Shown in pieces: positions 13,421-26,277 of a stretch of DNA of 64,000 nucleotides. This stretch comes from Girardia tigrina (taxonomy: Eukaryota): assembly GCA_001938485.1 (NCBI GenBank), contig MQRK01204024.1, positions 16,180-80,179 on the forward strand. The letters are read 5' to 3'. The stretch's first letter is position 1; the number at the start of each line of letters is the position of its first letter. The translations under genes and the position numbers were made by a program. Below the pieces are notes generated by a model, which was given only the letters and a program-made list of their open reading frames with translations, was not told the DNA's origin and searched no databases.

Positions 13421-14068
13421 TTTTACAAGCTTTTATTACGTTTCATTTGTTTGTTTGTTTGTATGTTTGTCTGTATGGATCAAATCTTGCGATCGAAATT
13501 TCACCCACTTCCCGTTGTGCTGGTGACTTGAAATTTTCAGGAGTGATGTATTCTAGATGACAATACACTTTTCCTTNNNNNNNNNNNNNNNNNNNNNNNN
13601 NNNNNNNNNNNNNNNNNNNNNNNNNNNNNNNNNNNNNNNNNNNNNNNNNNNNNNNNNNNNNNNNNNNNNNNNNNNNNNNNNNNNNNNNNNNNNNNNNNNN
13701 NNNNNNNNNNNNNNNNNNNNNNNNNNNNNNNNNNNNNNNNNNNNNNNNNNNNNNNNNNNNNNNNNNNNNNNNNNNNNNNNNNNNNNNNNNNNNNNNNNNN
13801 NNNNNNNNNNNNNNNNNNNNNNNNNNNNNNNNNNNNNNNNNNNNNNNNNNNNNNNNNNNNNNNNNNNNNNNNNNNNNNNNNNNNNNNNNNNNNNNNNNNN
13901 NNNNNNNNNNNNNNNNNNNNNNNNNNNNNNNNNNNNNNNNNNNNNNNNNNNNNNNNTTTGATAATTCAGTCAAAAAATGTGGGAAGTGGGTGAAATAGAT
14001 ACAGAACCGCAAATATATGACAAATTATAAAAGCTTGTACACCAAAAATTTTTTTGGTATGATATTAT
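13421..14068 (+). mobile_element. Helentron-associated / DINE-1-like non-autonomous element (HINE), copy 1, interrupted by an N-gap
   Basis: Subterminal inverted repeats ACAAGCTTTTAT / ATAAAAGCTTGT, a GTTT/GTCT microsatellite and a 3' hairpin ACCAAAAA-TT-TTTTTGGT; near-identical to 61115-61812. Confidence 0.75.
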
Positions 14069-15731
14069 TTGTTTTGTTTTTCTTTTTGATTTCTTTTCAT
14101 GTTTTTACGTTGCTTTATTTTTCTATTTTTATTGAAAATAATTTTTAAAAATATGTCTTTAATTTGAATTAATTTATTGATTAAATAACTAAAGACTATA
14201 TTTTACAAAATGACCAACCGTATAATAAATTTAAAAATATTGTAATAGCACTAATAAATATTGCTCAAAATTTATTGTTTATTTTAAAATACTATTTTGT
14301 GTTATTAAATACCGCTTTATATTTAAAATATACTGTACATGTGTTCATGTGAGCAAATATCCATGTGAGCAAATGTCTGTGAGACAAAATGTCCCTATAA
14401 ATCAATCGAATTCAATCGAACGATTTTCAATTACCGTGCACATTTTGGAAAGGCTTTGATGTGTGGTATTTAAAATATTCGTAGAAATCAGTCGATGATG
14501 ATTTCTTCATGTTGAAATTCTTTTATCTCATGATAATTTTCAGTAAAACATTTGAAATTAATAAATTGATAATTTTTATCATTTGGGAATTTGATTAAGG
14601 GTTCGAGGCTTTCGATCATTCTTCAGATGATGAACTGGTATCTTTAAATATCAAAAATACTCATTGAGTCAGGACAAATGCCCTATATACAAAATTTTCG
14701 CATATACCATCTCACATAGTGAGATATTTTCCAATGACCCAGGCAACCCAGCAGGTGCCAGAGCCACGCAACTTCACCCATTCTACTATTAACTAAATTA
14801 AAATTTGTAAAATGTTTGTAATATAAAATGAACATAACTACATATTTGGAAATGGTGAAACGTTTTAGGTTTTTTAATATATTTTTACAAAATGAAATAT
14901 TTTCGTATTTACATTATACATAGTATTTCCAAAACATTTAACAATTCTTTAAAAGAGAATGAGATGCTTTTATTTAAAATTTCAGAAATTTTATCATCCA
15001 GAAAAAGAACATGATGAACTTAAAATTATCTCAAGAATTTAAGTTCCGGTAAGTTGAGCTGATTCTCGATATTTGTTTGTGGATTCTGAGGTATCCAGTA
15101 AGTTCAATCATTGAGATTAATAGAATTAATAAACATGAAAGTTTGCATGATCAGTCTAAATATTTTTGCTTGAAAATACGGTGTCTGCTGCACATTATAA
15201 TATTAAAAAAATAAAATCGTTTATGATTGAAATTTTTCAATGATTACCCTTTAAGATTCGTTACACTGTAGTGATTGCAAAAAAGAAATCTGAATTCGGT
15301 GAATTCCAAAATTCCCTTAAAAATATAATTTTGAATTCAAAAATTTGAATTTTTTTCATGGTTTTTCTAGTTTAAAAATTAATTCCTCGGATCAACTTTT
15401 TCTATTGCTACTTATGAACAGAAAAAAAACAAAAATTTTTAAATGATAAATTAGATATATTTTTATTTTTCATTCAAGTCAGGAGTAGTTGTATTAAATT
15501 CTTGAATCCAATTTAGAATAATTTAATTTTTTAGAAATTGTGTTATATATATACATATATCATGTCTTTTTTAAGGTTTCCAGATGGATGTAACCTAAGA
15601 AAATGTGGGTGTATTTTTAATACAAGAGCTAAATAAGTATAAATAACCTTGTGAAGGAACGTGTATGTACGAGAAAGAGAGAGAGTGGATGGAATAACAG
15701 TGTGTGTATTTTTTAATGAAGCCATACTTTA

Positions 15732-15776
<45 letters not shown>

Positions 15777-16824
15777 CCAAATTTGTGGGTGTATATTTAC
15801 AAAGGTTGGGTGTACATTGTACAGTCGCTGTCATTTATGTATAGCCTGAGAGCATGCAAGACTATACGCAAAAGGCTTTTGTCTGCATGCATTTGATTGC
15901 GAGTATAGTATGTTTGTGGGCAGAGGTTTAAATTCTGTAGTTAAGGCTATCGTTAAATGCCCCTGACATACAAACTTTTTTTATTTTTAACAGCTCTGAT
16001 TCACCTAGGTGGTCACTTATATTATAAAAGGCTATACATTAATGACAGCGATCATACACCCAAAATGGCCTTAAAAAACCCTGTATATATAATAATAAAA
16101 TATTTTGGAATAGATTTTTTTACATGCTATACTTATTATTATTTTGAGATTCTTAAGTGAAAAATGTCATCGAAAAAATAGAAAACGAAATTTATTCTAA
16201 TTATTTAAAACAATAATAAAAGATAACAATTAAAAGTATCATATCACTTAAAGATTTTGTGCAATTATTTTCATTTTTATTTACAAAAATAAATATGAAT
16301 TTTAAATTATAATACAGGTGGAATTTCATTTATACATTGTCTCATCGATTAACAAAAAATAAAAAAATCGAATTACTTGGGTCAATTTATATTGAATTAT
16401 CACTTGACAAGAAAAAAATCAACTAGATTTTTTATTTCATATCAACTTGGAAATAATATAAAACAATCCGAAATTCCACAAAATTCTGAAAGATTATTTA
16501 GTAGAATTCCGAATTGCTATTCTTTTTCTTTTCATCTAAATTTACAATACATAGTAGACACCTTATTTGAATATATATTATGTTTGTCAAACAGATTTTC
16601 TAGGAGACTTTTGCAGATTAACTATCAGAACCTCTCTTTGGAAAGATTAGAGTGTAAATAAGGTTTATCAGATCGCCCTTGATTGATGTAATGTTTCTTC
16701 AACTTCAAATTTATCTCTAATGTGGAATAAAAGTGATTCAATTATTTTTATTAATTTCAATGGTTCTATTTAATGTTGTAAAAATTATATTATTTTAAAC
16801 AGTAAGGGTTTACAAATAAGATAC

Positions 16825-16972
16825 CTGATTGCTATCTATTTCATATCCGTGTTTCTTACCGAACAGTTTAGCCAACGAAACTCCAACTGAAAATGCAATA
16901 ATAGCTGTTATTAAAATATCAGCGCCATAATTAGCTAAATTGTTAAGATCTGGCCAAGTAGGCGGAGGTAGT
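16825..16972 (-). CDS. SLC26 exon (148 nt), TM8
   Basis: LPPPTWPDLNNLANYGADILITAIIAFSVGVSLAKLFGKKHGYEIDSNQ (Y.ID.NQE motif); canonical splice sites. Confidence 0.95.
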
Positions 16973-18344
16973 CTAAATGTAAATTGTTTTAATCCAATAT
17001 AAAACTAATTTATAAAAAGAAAATGAGAACAGTCAAAATAATATTTAAAATAATTCATTTCGATAATATGTTTAACTTTTTTAACAATTATTTATTTACA
17101 ATTATAACAGTCATCATAAGGTCATTAAGAAATTAAGAAAGAAAATTAGGGATAATCAAAGAATAATGATGCAATCTAAACGGTGACAAGACTAAAGCGG
17201 GCGGACAAAAAGTACCACGAAATTTGTGCCCTAGCACAAAATTATTTGAAAATATAATAAAAACTAGTAAATCAAAAAATTAAAATTTTTATATTTATTC
17301 TTTATGCAGATAAAACTCTCTTTGCCAACAAAGTTTTTAAAATTTAAAAATTTAAGATTTAAAAAATTTTAATTAAAAAACAATAAAAATTAATATAAAC
17401 TACTTATAATTTATAAGTAGATATCTTGCAATTAATATTGTTCGGGAAATCTCAATTTTCCGTTTTTCCCCTTTCGGGATCTTAAAAAGTTTTTTTTCGA
17501 TCAAATTTTTACATAATCATTTATTGTCATCGAGAATGAGTAAGTGTGCAAAGTTTGAAGGAAATTGATTGAGTAGAAGGCCTTCAAAAATAGGTTTATA
17601 TATATATATATATATATTTATATAAGTTAGCTAATAAAAAGAATGGAATAATAAAAAAATTTGAGAAACCTTTGTTTTTAATTTTGATTCATGTTAAATT
17701 TTAGAATTGTTGTTTATTTAAATAATAAATAAATAAAATTAAGCAGCATAAGAAAAATAACATCACAGAAGTATAAAGAAATTAAATTGAAAGATGGTAA
17801 TTGTTATTGATTCTTTTCGTAAAAATAAGGGTGGCTTAATATGTATCTTAAAAATGTTCTTATCACCTAAGATTAACTAATAATTGTGAAAGTTGTGTAG
17901 TAACTGAAATATGGACCAAATGCAGCTCCAAATGAAACAATGTACTGTAAAACATAATTAGATAACTAGGAATATAGAGGACAAGCCTCAGTAAATTTAT
18001 CAAGTAGTACCAAATAGTGTTTTTTAAGAGACAGATTTCCTTAACGATTATACTTCGTCCCAAAGAAATGTATAACCCGATTGTTCTTTTCTGACGCCGA
18101 ACACTACTAAAATAGTACTCCGTAATTCCCTTAAATTGACAACTCGAAGTAAAAATAGTGGAACATGAATCTTGTAAATCCGGATTTCGAAGACTTTAGG
18201 CTTCGAAAGAAAATATGTACGAATAAATAGACAGATGAAAACATTAACAAAAAATATTAACAAAATCATTCTATCAATTATCTATCTGGAATTTAATTTA
18301 ATCTTGAAACATTATATAAATATAGTTCTTTTCTTACTGTTATA

Positions 18345-18900
18345 TATATAAGACAACGCATTTCGAAATAAAACAATCACATCAGCAGGTCAATTCAAAT
18401 AATGTATCAAATTGCCATTGGGTCAGCTATTTCAATCAAATTGTATCAATAAGATTTTGGATTGTTTTGGATTTAATATGGAAGCTTAAATTGAGTGGAT
18501 TGCATTTAGTCTGAGAAGTTCTGTCTCAAATATTATATGTATATACAAATGTTGTCGGGTGGCACTTTTATAAAAGATGGTTTTGTCATTTGTGGCCATT
18601 GTCATGTATTTCTTTGGCCAGTGGCGTATTTTTAATTTGAGGCTTTTTTGGGCCGCATTTATCGGAATACTCATCTTAACATTCTGAATAAGATTTTCGA
18701 GACACCCGTTTGCTTATTAATCTTAGAATTTACATTTGTAATATTTAATGCTTCACATGCAACTTCACATCCCAATAATTAATTAACGAGTGAGTATTAT
18801 TTGAAATTAGAATTGCAAACATCTTTATGTTCTGCAAGGTTATTTCCACAAACAGATCTCTCGAAAACCTTATTGAAGTTGGTTTAAGTAACATAATTGT
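18345..18900 (-). mobile_element. Penelope-like element remnant (GIY-YIG C-terminus, 3' region and degenerate hammerhead)
   Basis: Minus strand near 18700-18780 reads NYWD..VACEALNITNVNSKINKQT across a frameshift, similar to the Penelope at 53100. 18455-18525 is homologous to 48665-48735. Degenerate core CTGCTGA...GAAA at 18352-18392. Confidence 0.7.
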
Positions 18901-19171
18901 TCATAGATTTCAAATTTACCACTTGTTTATATAAGTTGATTATAAAACTGTTATTTTATTAAAGACTTCGAGATGATGGTTACATTGTTAAAATAAATTA
19001 TCGATAAGAAGAAAATGTGGTTTTTGAAATGGCATCTTTATATCATGAAAAAAAATATGCAACATTTTTTTAATTAAGTAAATAAACATCATATTATTAT
19101 AATATTTTGTTATATTATTAAAATATTAATTAGGATAAATTAATTTGTTTAAATTGCAATATAAATGTTAC

Positions 19172-19254
19172 CCCTGAGCGATTTTCCCTACACATCTAAC
19201 GTTATATTGTTCGTTCAATTGCAAATATGTTGACGTGATTGTTCCGCATATAAC
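19172..19254 (-). CDS. SLC26 exon (83 nt)
   Basis: VICGTITSTYLQLNEQYNVRCVGKIAQG after a 51-nt intron; donor GG|GTAAC. Confidence 0.93.
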
Positions 19255-19305
19255 CTAAAATGAATTCCATGGTATTAAGAAGAGGTCATTAACATCAAAA
19301 CTAAC

Positions 19306-19461
19306 GACAATCAATTCCATCGGTATGGGAATTCTGATTTTCTTGACCACGCGAGGGTTTATTAGTTCTTTTGTCACCGTTAACATAATAATACAGATTA
19401 CAGTTAAACCAAATGTTGGAACATTAGTTTTAAGAATGTTTTTAAAAATATGGTAATATGT
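19306..19461 (-). CDS. SLC26 exon (156 nt)
   Basis: TYYHIFKNILKTNVPTFGLTVICIIMLTVTKELINPRVVKKIRIPIPMELIV (PIP.ELI motif); TTCTAG acceptor, GTTAGT donor. Confidence 0.95.
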
Positions 19462-20007
19462 CTAGAAAATGAAAACCGAATTAATATAATTAAAATTATT
19501 AAAATTAATTTGCAGAATTATTTTAAAAAAAATATATTTATAAATATTTTGTTTAATTTAATATTATTTTATTCATTTTTTTCTAAAAATGACAAATTAT
19601 TCTGAAAAAAAATAAGTCAAGTGATACTGCAATAAGGAATTGGTGCTGTTCTCTGGAAGAATCGTTTAGTGAAAAAATAAATTTCAATAAATTTGAGTAC
19701 ACTTAATGTCATGACGTTGGGACCAAATATTTTAGGTGGGATCAAATAATAAGTGGGTGATAATTAGAACAAAAAATAAAATAAAATAAATTGTTAGCTT
19801 TTCTTTTTGGGGGAATTTATTAACTTATGAATATATTTTTCATTTTAAAATGTTTTACGAAGTTAGTGTCCTTAGGTGTGAAAATATATCACTTAATTAA
19901 AATGATTCTTGTACTTGTTTAATCTATGATGTATCTTTCAAAATAATATAATCTTTCTCGTCATATTTATTCTTTCACTAATATAACATCATTATTAACT
20001 ACTTTTA

Positions 20008-20310
20008 TGAGGAATATTTGAATGTTTGATGTTTTGTGTTTGAATGTGTATGTTGATTTGGAAATGTGTCTCTCCTACCCAGATGGATGATTAATATTTT
20101 AATTTTTATTATCTAAAAATATGTAATGTTTAAATTTATTTTTAATTTCAAATAATTTTAAAATTTTAAATAAGTTAATTAATTTTTATAATATTTAATA
20201 AATAAATCAAATTAATATTTTTTTAAATAATTAATAATCATTTTAATTATTATCCAATAAGTTTTGAGTAAATATTTTAGTAAAATATTTATTTCCCCAT
20301 TTGCTAAAAA
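20008..20310 (+). repeat. Dispersed repeat family with core CTCTCCTAC(C/T)CAGATGG; other copies at 33288-33375 (+), 43555-43645 (-), 45765-46070 (-)
   Basis: 20008-20310 aligns by eye in reverse with 45765-46070 over about 300 bp; the shorter copies share the core, more diverged in 43555-43645. Confidence 0.75.
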
Positions 20311-21488
20311 AATAATGAGAATTAATTCATTAATCAATTTCATTTAGAATGCAAATGTACGAAAGTTTTGACAAAGATTGTCTTAAGAACAAACAAAATT
20401 GTTGTCGAAATTGTCAAATTGGTGTTCTTAATAATTTTATTTCATGAATCAATTTATTTTACATCTCTAAATCAACAAGGTTTTTTAACATTTTCCAAAA
20501 ATCACCGTACAAAGTAGCGCAACATAGAACAGTCAAAAGTTTTTTTGATTTTTGAAAATCCTTTCTGATAATACTCTTAAGTAAATTCCTGTATCATTCG
20601 CATTGTAAATATGTTCTGGAAGGTATTCTGCAATAAATTGGGGGGGCATATTGTACTTTTTAATCATTTTGCAAACATAAACAGCACCTTTTATTCCAAA
20701 TGTAGCTTGTTATAATTCATTTGTATTTTTCCAATAGCTAAATCAACTCGATATTGCAGTAAAACATTATCCACCAATTACTTAGCTAATGGTTCAGCTT
20801 TAGTGTAAATTATGAGACCATAGGTAGGAACATCCGTTATTCAAATTATCCAAATTATACCTTTAAAGCAGCTAAATTATGCCTTTCAGATTTTACCATT
20901 TTGATTCCGTCGTGTTTTTATATTTCGTTTACAAATTTCTGTATTACCAATAGTCTCTTTTTGCAAAAACTTTGCACCACAAAATGCTGTGATATTTTAA
21001 GTTCTTTTTTTGCTTTTTATTGTGACATACTTTGTATTTTTGTAATTATTAAGTGACTTTCGCTTATCCACTAACAGATAAGTTAACCATTCTTTTGTTT
21101 TGAGTTACCATGATTATTTTGGATACATATTTTCAACAAAATTTCCACAATATTAAATAAAAGGAACATAAAAAAGTAAATTTAATAAATAAATTTTATT
21201 AAATAAAAAACACTGTTTTTAACTTTTTTTTAATTATTTTCATAATATCCTGACTTGACTGTGAACATATTATCTGAATGTTGATTCTAATAAACGTAAA
21301 ATTGTTATACACGGTTGTAAATACATGAGGAACTAATGAAATTTGAAAACAGTAGCTTTTGATTTTTTTTTTTTGAAAGTAATTAAACCAATTTGTAACT
21401 GTATTTATTGATTACATGATATATGTAAAGAACAAACAAAGAAATAATAAATGTTCAGAAAAAAGATATTGATGAAACACTTTCGCAA

Positions 21489-22900
21489 TTACTGGTCACA
21501 ATTTTGACAAACGTGCTGTAACTTGGATACATGTTTGCTACAAACCCACTTGTTGCATGTTACACATTTGTTGGGAGTTTTGTTGCGTTTGGTTTGGTCG
21601 CAATACTGGCAGTTACAGTGCTTGTCTTTCATTTCTCTTGGAAAAACCATTGGAAGGTTAGCTTGCTGAGTAACATTTTCACGTTGTGGTTTATGAGCTG
21701 ACAAGAGGGTAGTAGCGACTTTGTGGATGAATGAAAATCGAGAAAACTTGTTACTGTCGATTTCCCGCCAAAGTACATAAGCATTGAGCATGGCTATATC
21801 AAGGATGTTGCAGAAGGCGGCTAATGGCCATCGCCGAGATGCCATTTTTGTGGAATAATGAGTGACCATTTGGACGACAGTGTCAACGCCACATTTTTTG
21901 TTATTGTACTGCAAAATTATGTGAGATTTTTTCTTCTCTGTATTATCTGTTGTGTCACGATAATGTCCAGATGTCAATAAAATAACATTTTTTTCTTTTT
22001 AGGTATATAGCTAACGATAACTGCATCGCCGTTCTCATGAAATGCAAACTGAGAAGAAAATCGTGTGCGATTATTTGTTGATTTCAATTCTTTTGGAGTT
22101 TCCCGCCTGTTTGCCCGAACTGTCCCTAACAGTGTCATTTTATTCTGCTTCAGTTGTCGTGCAAGTGTCAATGACGTAAAAAAATTGTCCGTAACAATTT
22201 CATAACCACTTTTATTGAAAGGAGCCACTAAATTTAGTTACACGGATTCTCCCAGGGTTCCTTGGCGATGTTCATTTTCCTTACCTAGATAAAGATTTAT
22301 TGTAAGGACATAATGCGTTTCAGTATCCACTGCCATCCAAATTTTGATTCGGAATTTGGAAGGTTTTTTTGGCATATATTGCAAAATCGGGCAACGATTT
22401 CTGGAAGGGTACAGCTGCTCATCTTTTGTAATTGTATCATGGGGCCAATATAGTCGAAGTATTGCTTCTTGAAATTTTGTGAAGATTTCTCGAATGGCGG
22501 TAAATTTATCATATCCAAAACGTGCATTCCTCATAGATTTATCATCAAATCGTAAAATACGTAAAATTGATTTGAAGCGTTGAAATCACATGGTCGTAGG
22601 AAAAATTGGCCTTCCATGATTTGGGTTCCATAAATGCTGTAGAGGTTCCTTAGTTCCCTGATAAATAGCACGGAGATAAATGAGACCTATAAAGGCTTGC
22701 ATTTTAATATCATCTGTCTCAACAAAGTTGGAACCATATACCCGATGACCTTCACGATTAGTTGATGTGATTATTATTTCCAAAATTTCATCTGTTATAA
22801 TAATTTTCCATGACTGCAATGATGTATGAATTCTTTGTACAGCATATCTAGTTGCGCCACCACGTTGTCGTAAAATGTTCTCCATTCTAGGACGCCCTTG
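21489..22900 (-). mobile_element. piggyBac transposase (PGBD4-like), pseudogenised
   Basis: DEQLYP, YMPKKPSKF.IKIW, VTDNFFTS, YN..K.GVD, RRWP motifs and a C-terminal Cys-rich domain; split over four ORFs; TIRs not identified. Confidence 0.93.
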
Positions 22901-23916
22901 ATGTGCTGGTTGATTAAATTATTCTGCAAACGAATTAAATTAAAGTAAAAACACCCTGTATTATTTGATTAGTTGAATATGTACTTAATTTAATTGTTGA
23001 ATATGTATGGCATCTCTCCATAGACGACTTGAGTTAATTAGTGTTTAATATAAACTCATTATGATTGGAAATAATAATTTAATTGTTATTCAACAATGAA
23101 TAAAAATATGCGATTGTTTTAATTTTGAAATATTCTGAAACTGAAGCAATAGAAAATGATTATTTAATATCAAAAATATCTAAAATGAAATTTCATATGA
23201 AAAATTAAAATTAATATTTTCTAATAATGTTAAATGGTTTGAATTCAAAATGAATAAATTCTGTTACAAGAATTCATAGTTATTTAAATATGATTTAATT
23301 TGATGAATCACAAGGTTATGTCGATTGAAAATGCTTTATTTTTCTAGTATTATTTTAAAGTGTTCATTTGAATGTCTTTAAATAGAAACAAATGATGACG
23401 TAATTATAATTATGATAGAAAAATACGACTTAACTTATGAAAACATTATAAATTGCTAAAAAAATATTCAAAATAATATGCAACATAAGATATTAATTAA
23501 AGCATTTTATTGAGATAAACTCTTGTTTTAAAAATGTTCGTTGCATAAATGCTTTTAAAAAATCTTAAACTTACCTTTTCATCTTCATTTTATACTCTTA
23601 TAAAATTTGAATTTTTTTTAAATTAGTGTTCTCATTCAACAGAGTCATTAATTGATTAATGTTTCAATAGATTCACATTAATGTTTCAGTATTTCTGGAT
23701 TCGGGTCAAATGGAAGTTAACAATGTCTAAGATAATTAAAATAAGCTTCAATTGGATTGAACTGATGAAAGCACGGTAGTAGAAAGCGATGGTAAATATT
23801 ACATGTTTTCATAATTTCCATCGCCTCTTCATATTTTGGAGAATGGTCATAATTTTTTGTATTGTAAATTAAATCCTGTTTACTCCAGAAAAATAGTCAC
23901 CAGATAAAAACTAATA

Positions 23917-25082
23917 TTGGATTCGCGCATAAGTTCGTGCGCTTTTTAGAATTAGGAAAAATGCAAACTGATCAAGAATAAAAACCCTACAAAAATATCA
24001 AATAACAAAAGGAATTTATTAAATCATTAGAAAAAACAAATATTTCAGTCTCAATCGGTGAGATACTATCCGCCACAATCGATCAATTCCTTCCACCATT
24101 CAGGCCATTTGTAAATCCCATGTTTAAAGAGGCTTGGCGATTTTCGGTCCAAAAATTTTTCAATCCGCGTTCTTATTGCTTCCTCATTTTAAAAGGGAGA
24201 CTAGAAAGATTGTTCGACATGGAGCAGAAAAGATGAAAATCAGTTAGGGCTAAATCGAGCAAGTCTGCTTCTTATTGATTCTCTTCGCTTGAGTTGTTCA
24301 CAATAAATTTCGGCATCAATTGTTTGGTTTCTTGGCAAAATTTCATTATGAATAACATCAAATTGGTCCCACCAAACACACAAGAAGATTTTGTATTGGT
24401 GAACTTCGGGTTTCGCATGTGGTTGTGGTTGAGGACTTACCCAATCTTTTTTGTGTTTCAAATTTACATAAACACACCATTTCCCATCATCTGTTACGAT
24501 CCTGCATAGCGAATTGATGTCGAACGAGTGAAGACGCAGAAATCAAAACATATTGATTTTTGTGACTTTCTTTGAGAAGATGTGGTAACCATTATCCAAG
24601 GTTTTGAACTTTTCCCATTTTCTCGAAATGTCAAAAAATAGTGGTTTGATCACAATTTAAGGCTTTTTCAATTGCTCATGTCGATTTACGTAGATCAACA
24701 TGAATTTATTGTTTCAAACAGTCTTCATTAAAGTCACTTGGTCGACCTGACCGAGGTGCATCGTTTAAATCGAAATTTTCACTGTTAAATTTCGAAAGTC
24801 ACTTTTTTACTGTTCGTTCACTAACTGCCATTTTTAAATAAATGCAAAAAATCATTCTCGTGGCCTCTGCAGCTTTTAAATGATGATGAAAATAGAAATG
24901 GAATAGATGCCAGAAATGTTCATTTTTATTTACCTGACGCTCCATTTTAAAGTGAAAGTTATTCTAAAATGATTTAAATAGATAATTTAGCTGAATGAAT
25001 ATAACTCCAATCAGTTAAAATAAGACGTTCGTGTGTTTTCTTTGTAAGAAATAAAACCGCACGAATTAATGCAACAACCTAA
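23917..25082 (-). mobile_element. mariner transposon, degenerate
   Basis: Imperfect TIRs TTGGATTCGCGCATAAGTTCGTGC / GCACGAATTAATGCAACAACCTAA flanked by TA; ORF remnants MERQVNKNEHF..., KIFLCVWWD...EIL..NQTIDAEIYCEQL. Confidence 0.9.
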
Positions 25083-26277
25083 TATATTGTGCAAAAGATT
25101 AATATACATAAGTAGCTTTAAAAATATTTTTCCTTCCGAAACTTTGATCAAGCATTTCCTTGAATATTCTTTTCTTTTCAAAATGATAATGACACGACAC
25201 GGTCATTCATCGTTTCCAAATTATCTTAATGTTTAAAGGATGAATCACAGACGAAGTTCAAAAAATTGATTCTTTATTTTTCAATTAAAATTTCTTCTGA
25301 AATAGTCACTTATTTATCAATTGAATTATATGCATAAACTAGAAGATATTTTTGATTTTCTAAGAATATCAGTTTAAATAATGGTTATTCCTGTTCTGAT
25401 AGTAACTCTCTTAGGTGTTTGATTTTCTGGCAAACTTAAATCTTCTGTTGTTGAAGGGATTTTTGTTGTACACAATACACTATTAAATCGAGTCATTTGT
25501 AAAACTTGTTTAAATAAATACATTTGTTATAGCAAATGTCAGATTAAATAAATAATAATTTCTTAAAAATCTAAATATTTATTTTGAATAATGTTTTATT
25601 AAATTTAATCATTTTGTATACTAAGTTTAATGTAAAATAACTCCATGAATGTATAATTAACACAAAATGAGCATGTATATAGTCGTTTTTATTAAAATAA
25701 ATTAATTATTACAACGATTCAAGCAGTTAATTTAAGATAACGATTACCCCCAGTAAAACATTACCGAAAACATACCAAATTGGAAAATGTTAAAAATGGT
25801 CGTCACGGTATCTGAGTTAATAGTTTTGTCGATCAAGATATCAGGATTATCAGTTTAAAGAATTGGAGCCGAATTTTTCGTCCAATCAATAATTCTGGTC
25901 CTTACGAGGACCGTTTCTCGTTCTCTTTCGTGTTCAACTAGAACTTGATGTTCACGCTGCAGATGAAGTCATATATCGAGTGACAATGTCGTCAGCGAGC
26001 GTGTCGATAGATGTAGCAAACTAGTCACGAAAATCTCATTCACTATCATCGTTTGACAAAACATCATTGAAAAAGAAATTTGATCCATTTTTTTGTTTAA
26101 AATTTGTGCGGTGTTTCTGCTTTGTTACATGTTAAATTTATTTCTTAAATGAAATATTTAACATGGAAAAATATGGATAATTATTTGTTTAAATAATATC
26201 TATTTAAAAAGTATTTGTTAGTGAAAAATAAATTTTATAGATTTGTGATTCGTTGTTACAAGCTATCCGGGCAATGA

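Noticed and set aside
13443-14012. Long ORFs of 189 and 134 aa
   Set aside because: Artefacts of the N-gap.
23761-23790. CTGATGA...GAAA hammerhead-like core
   Set aside because: No helix II or III pairing.
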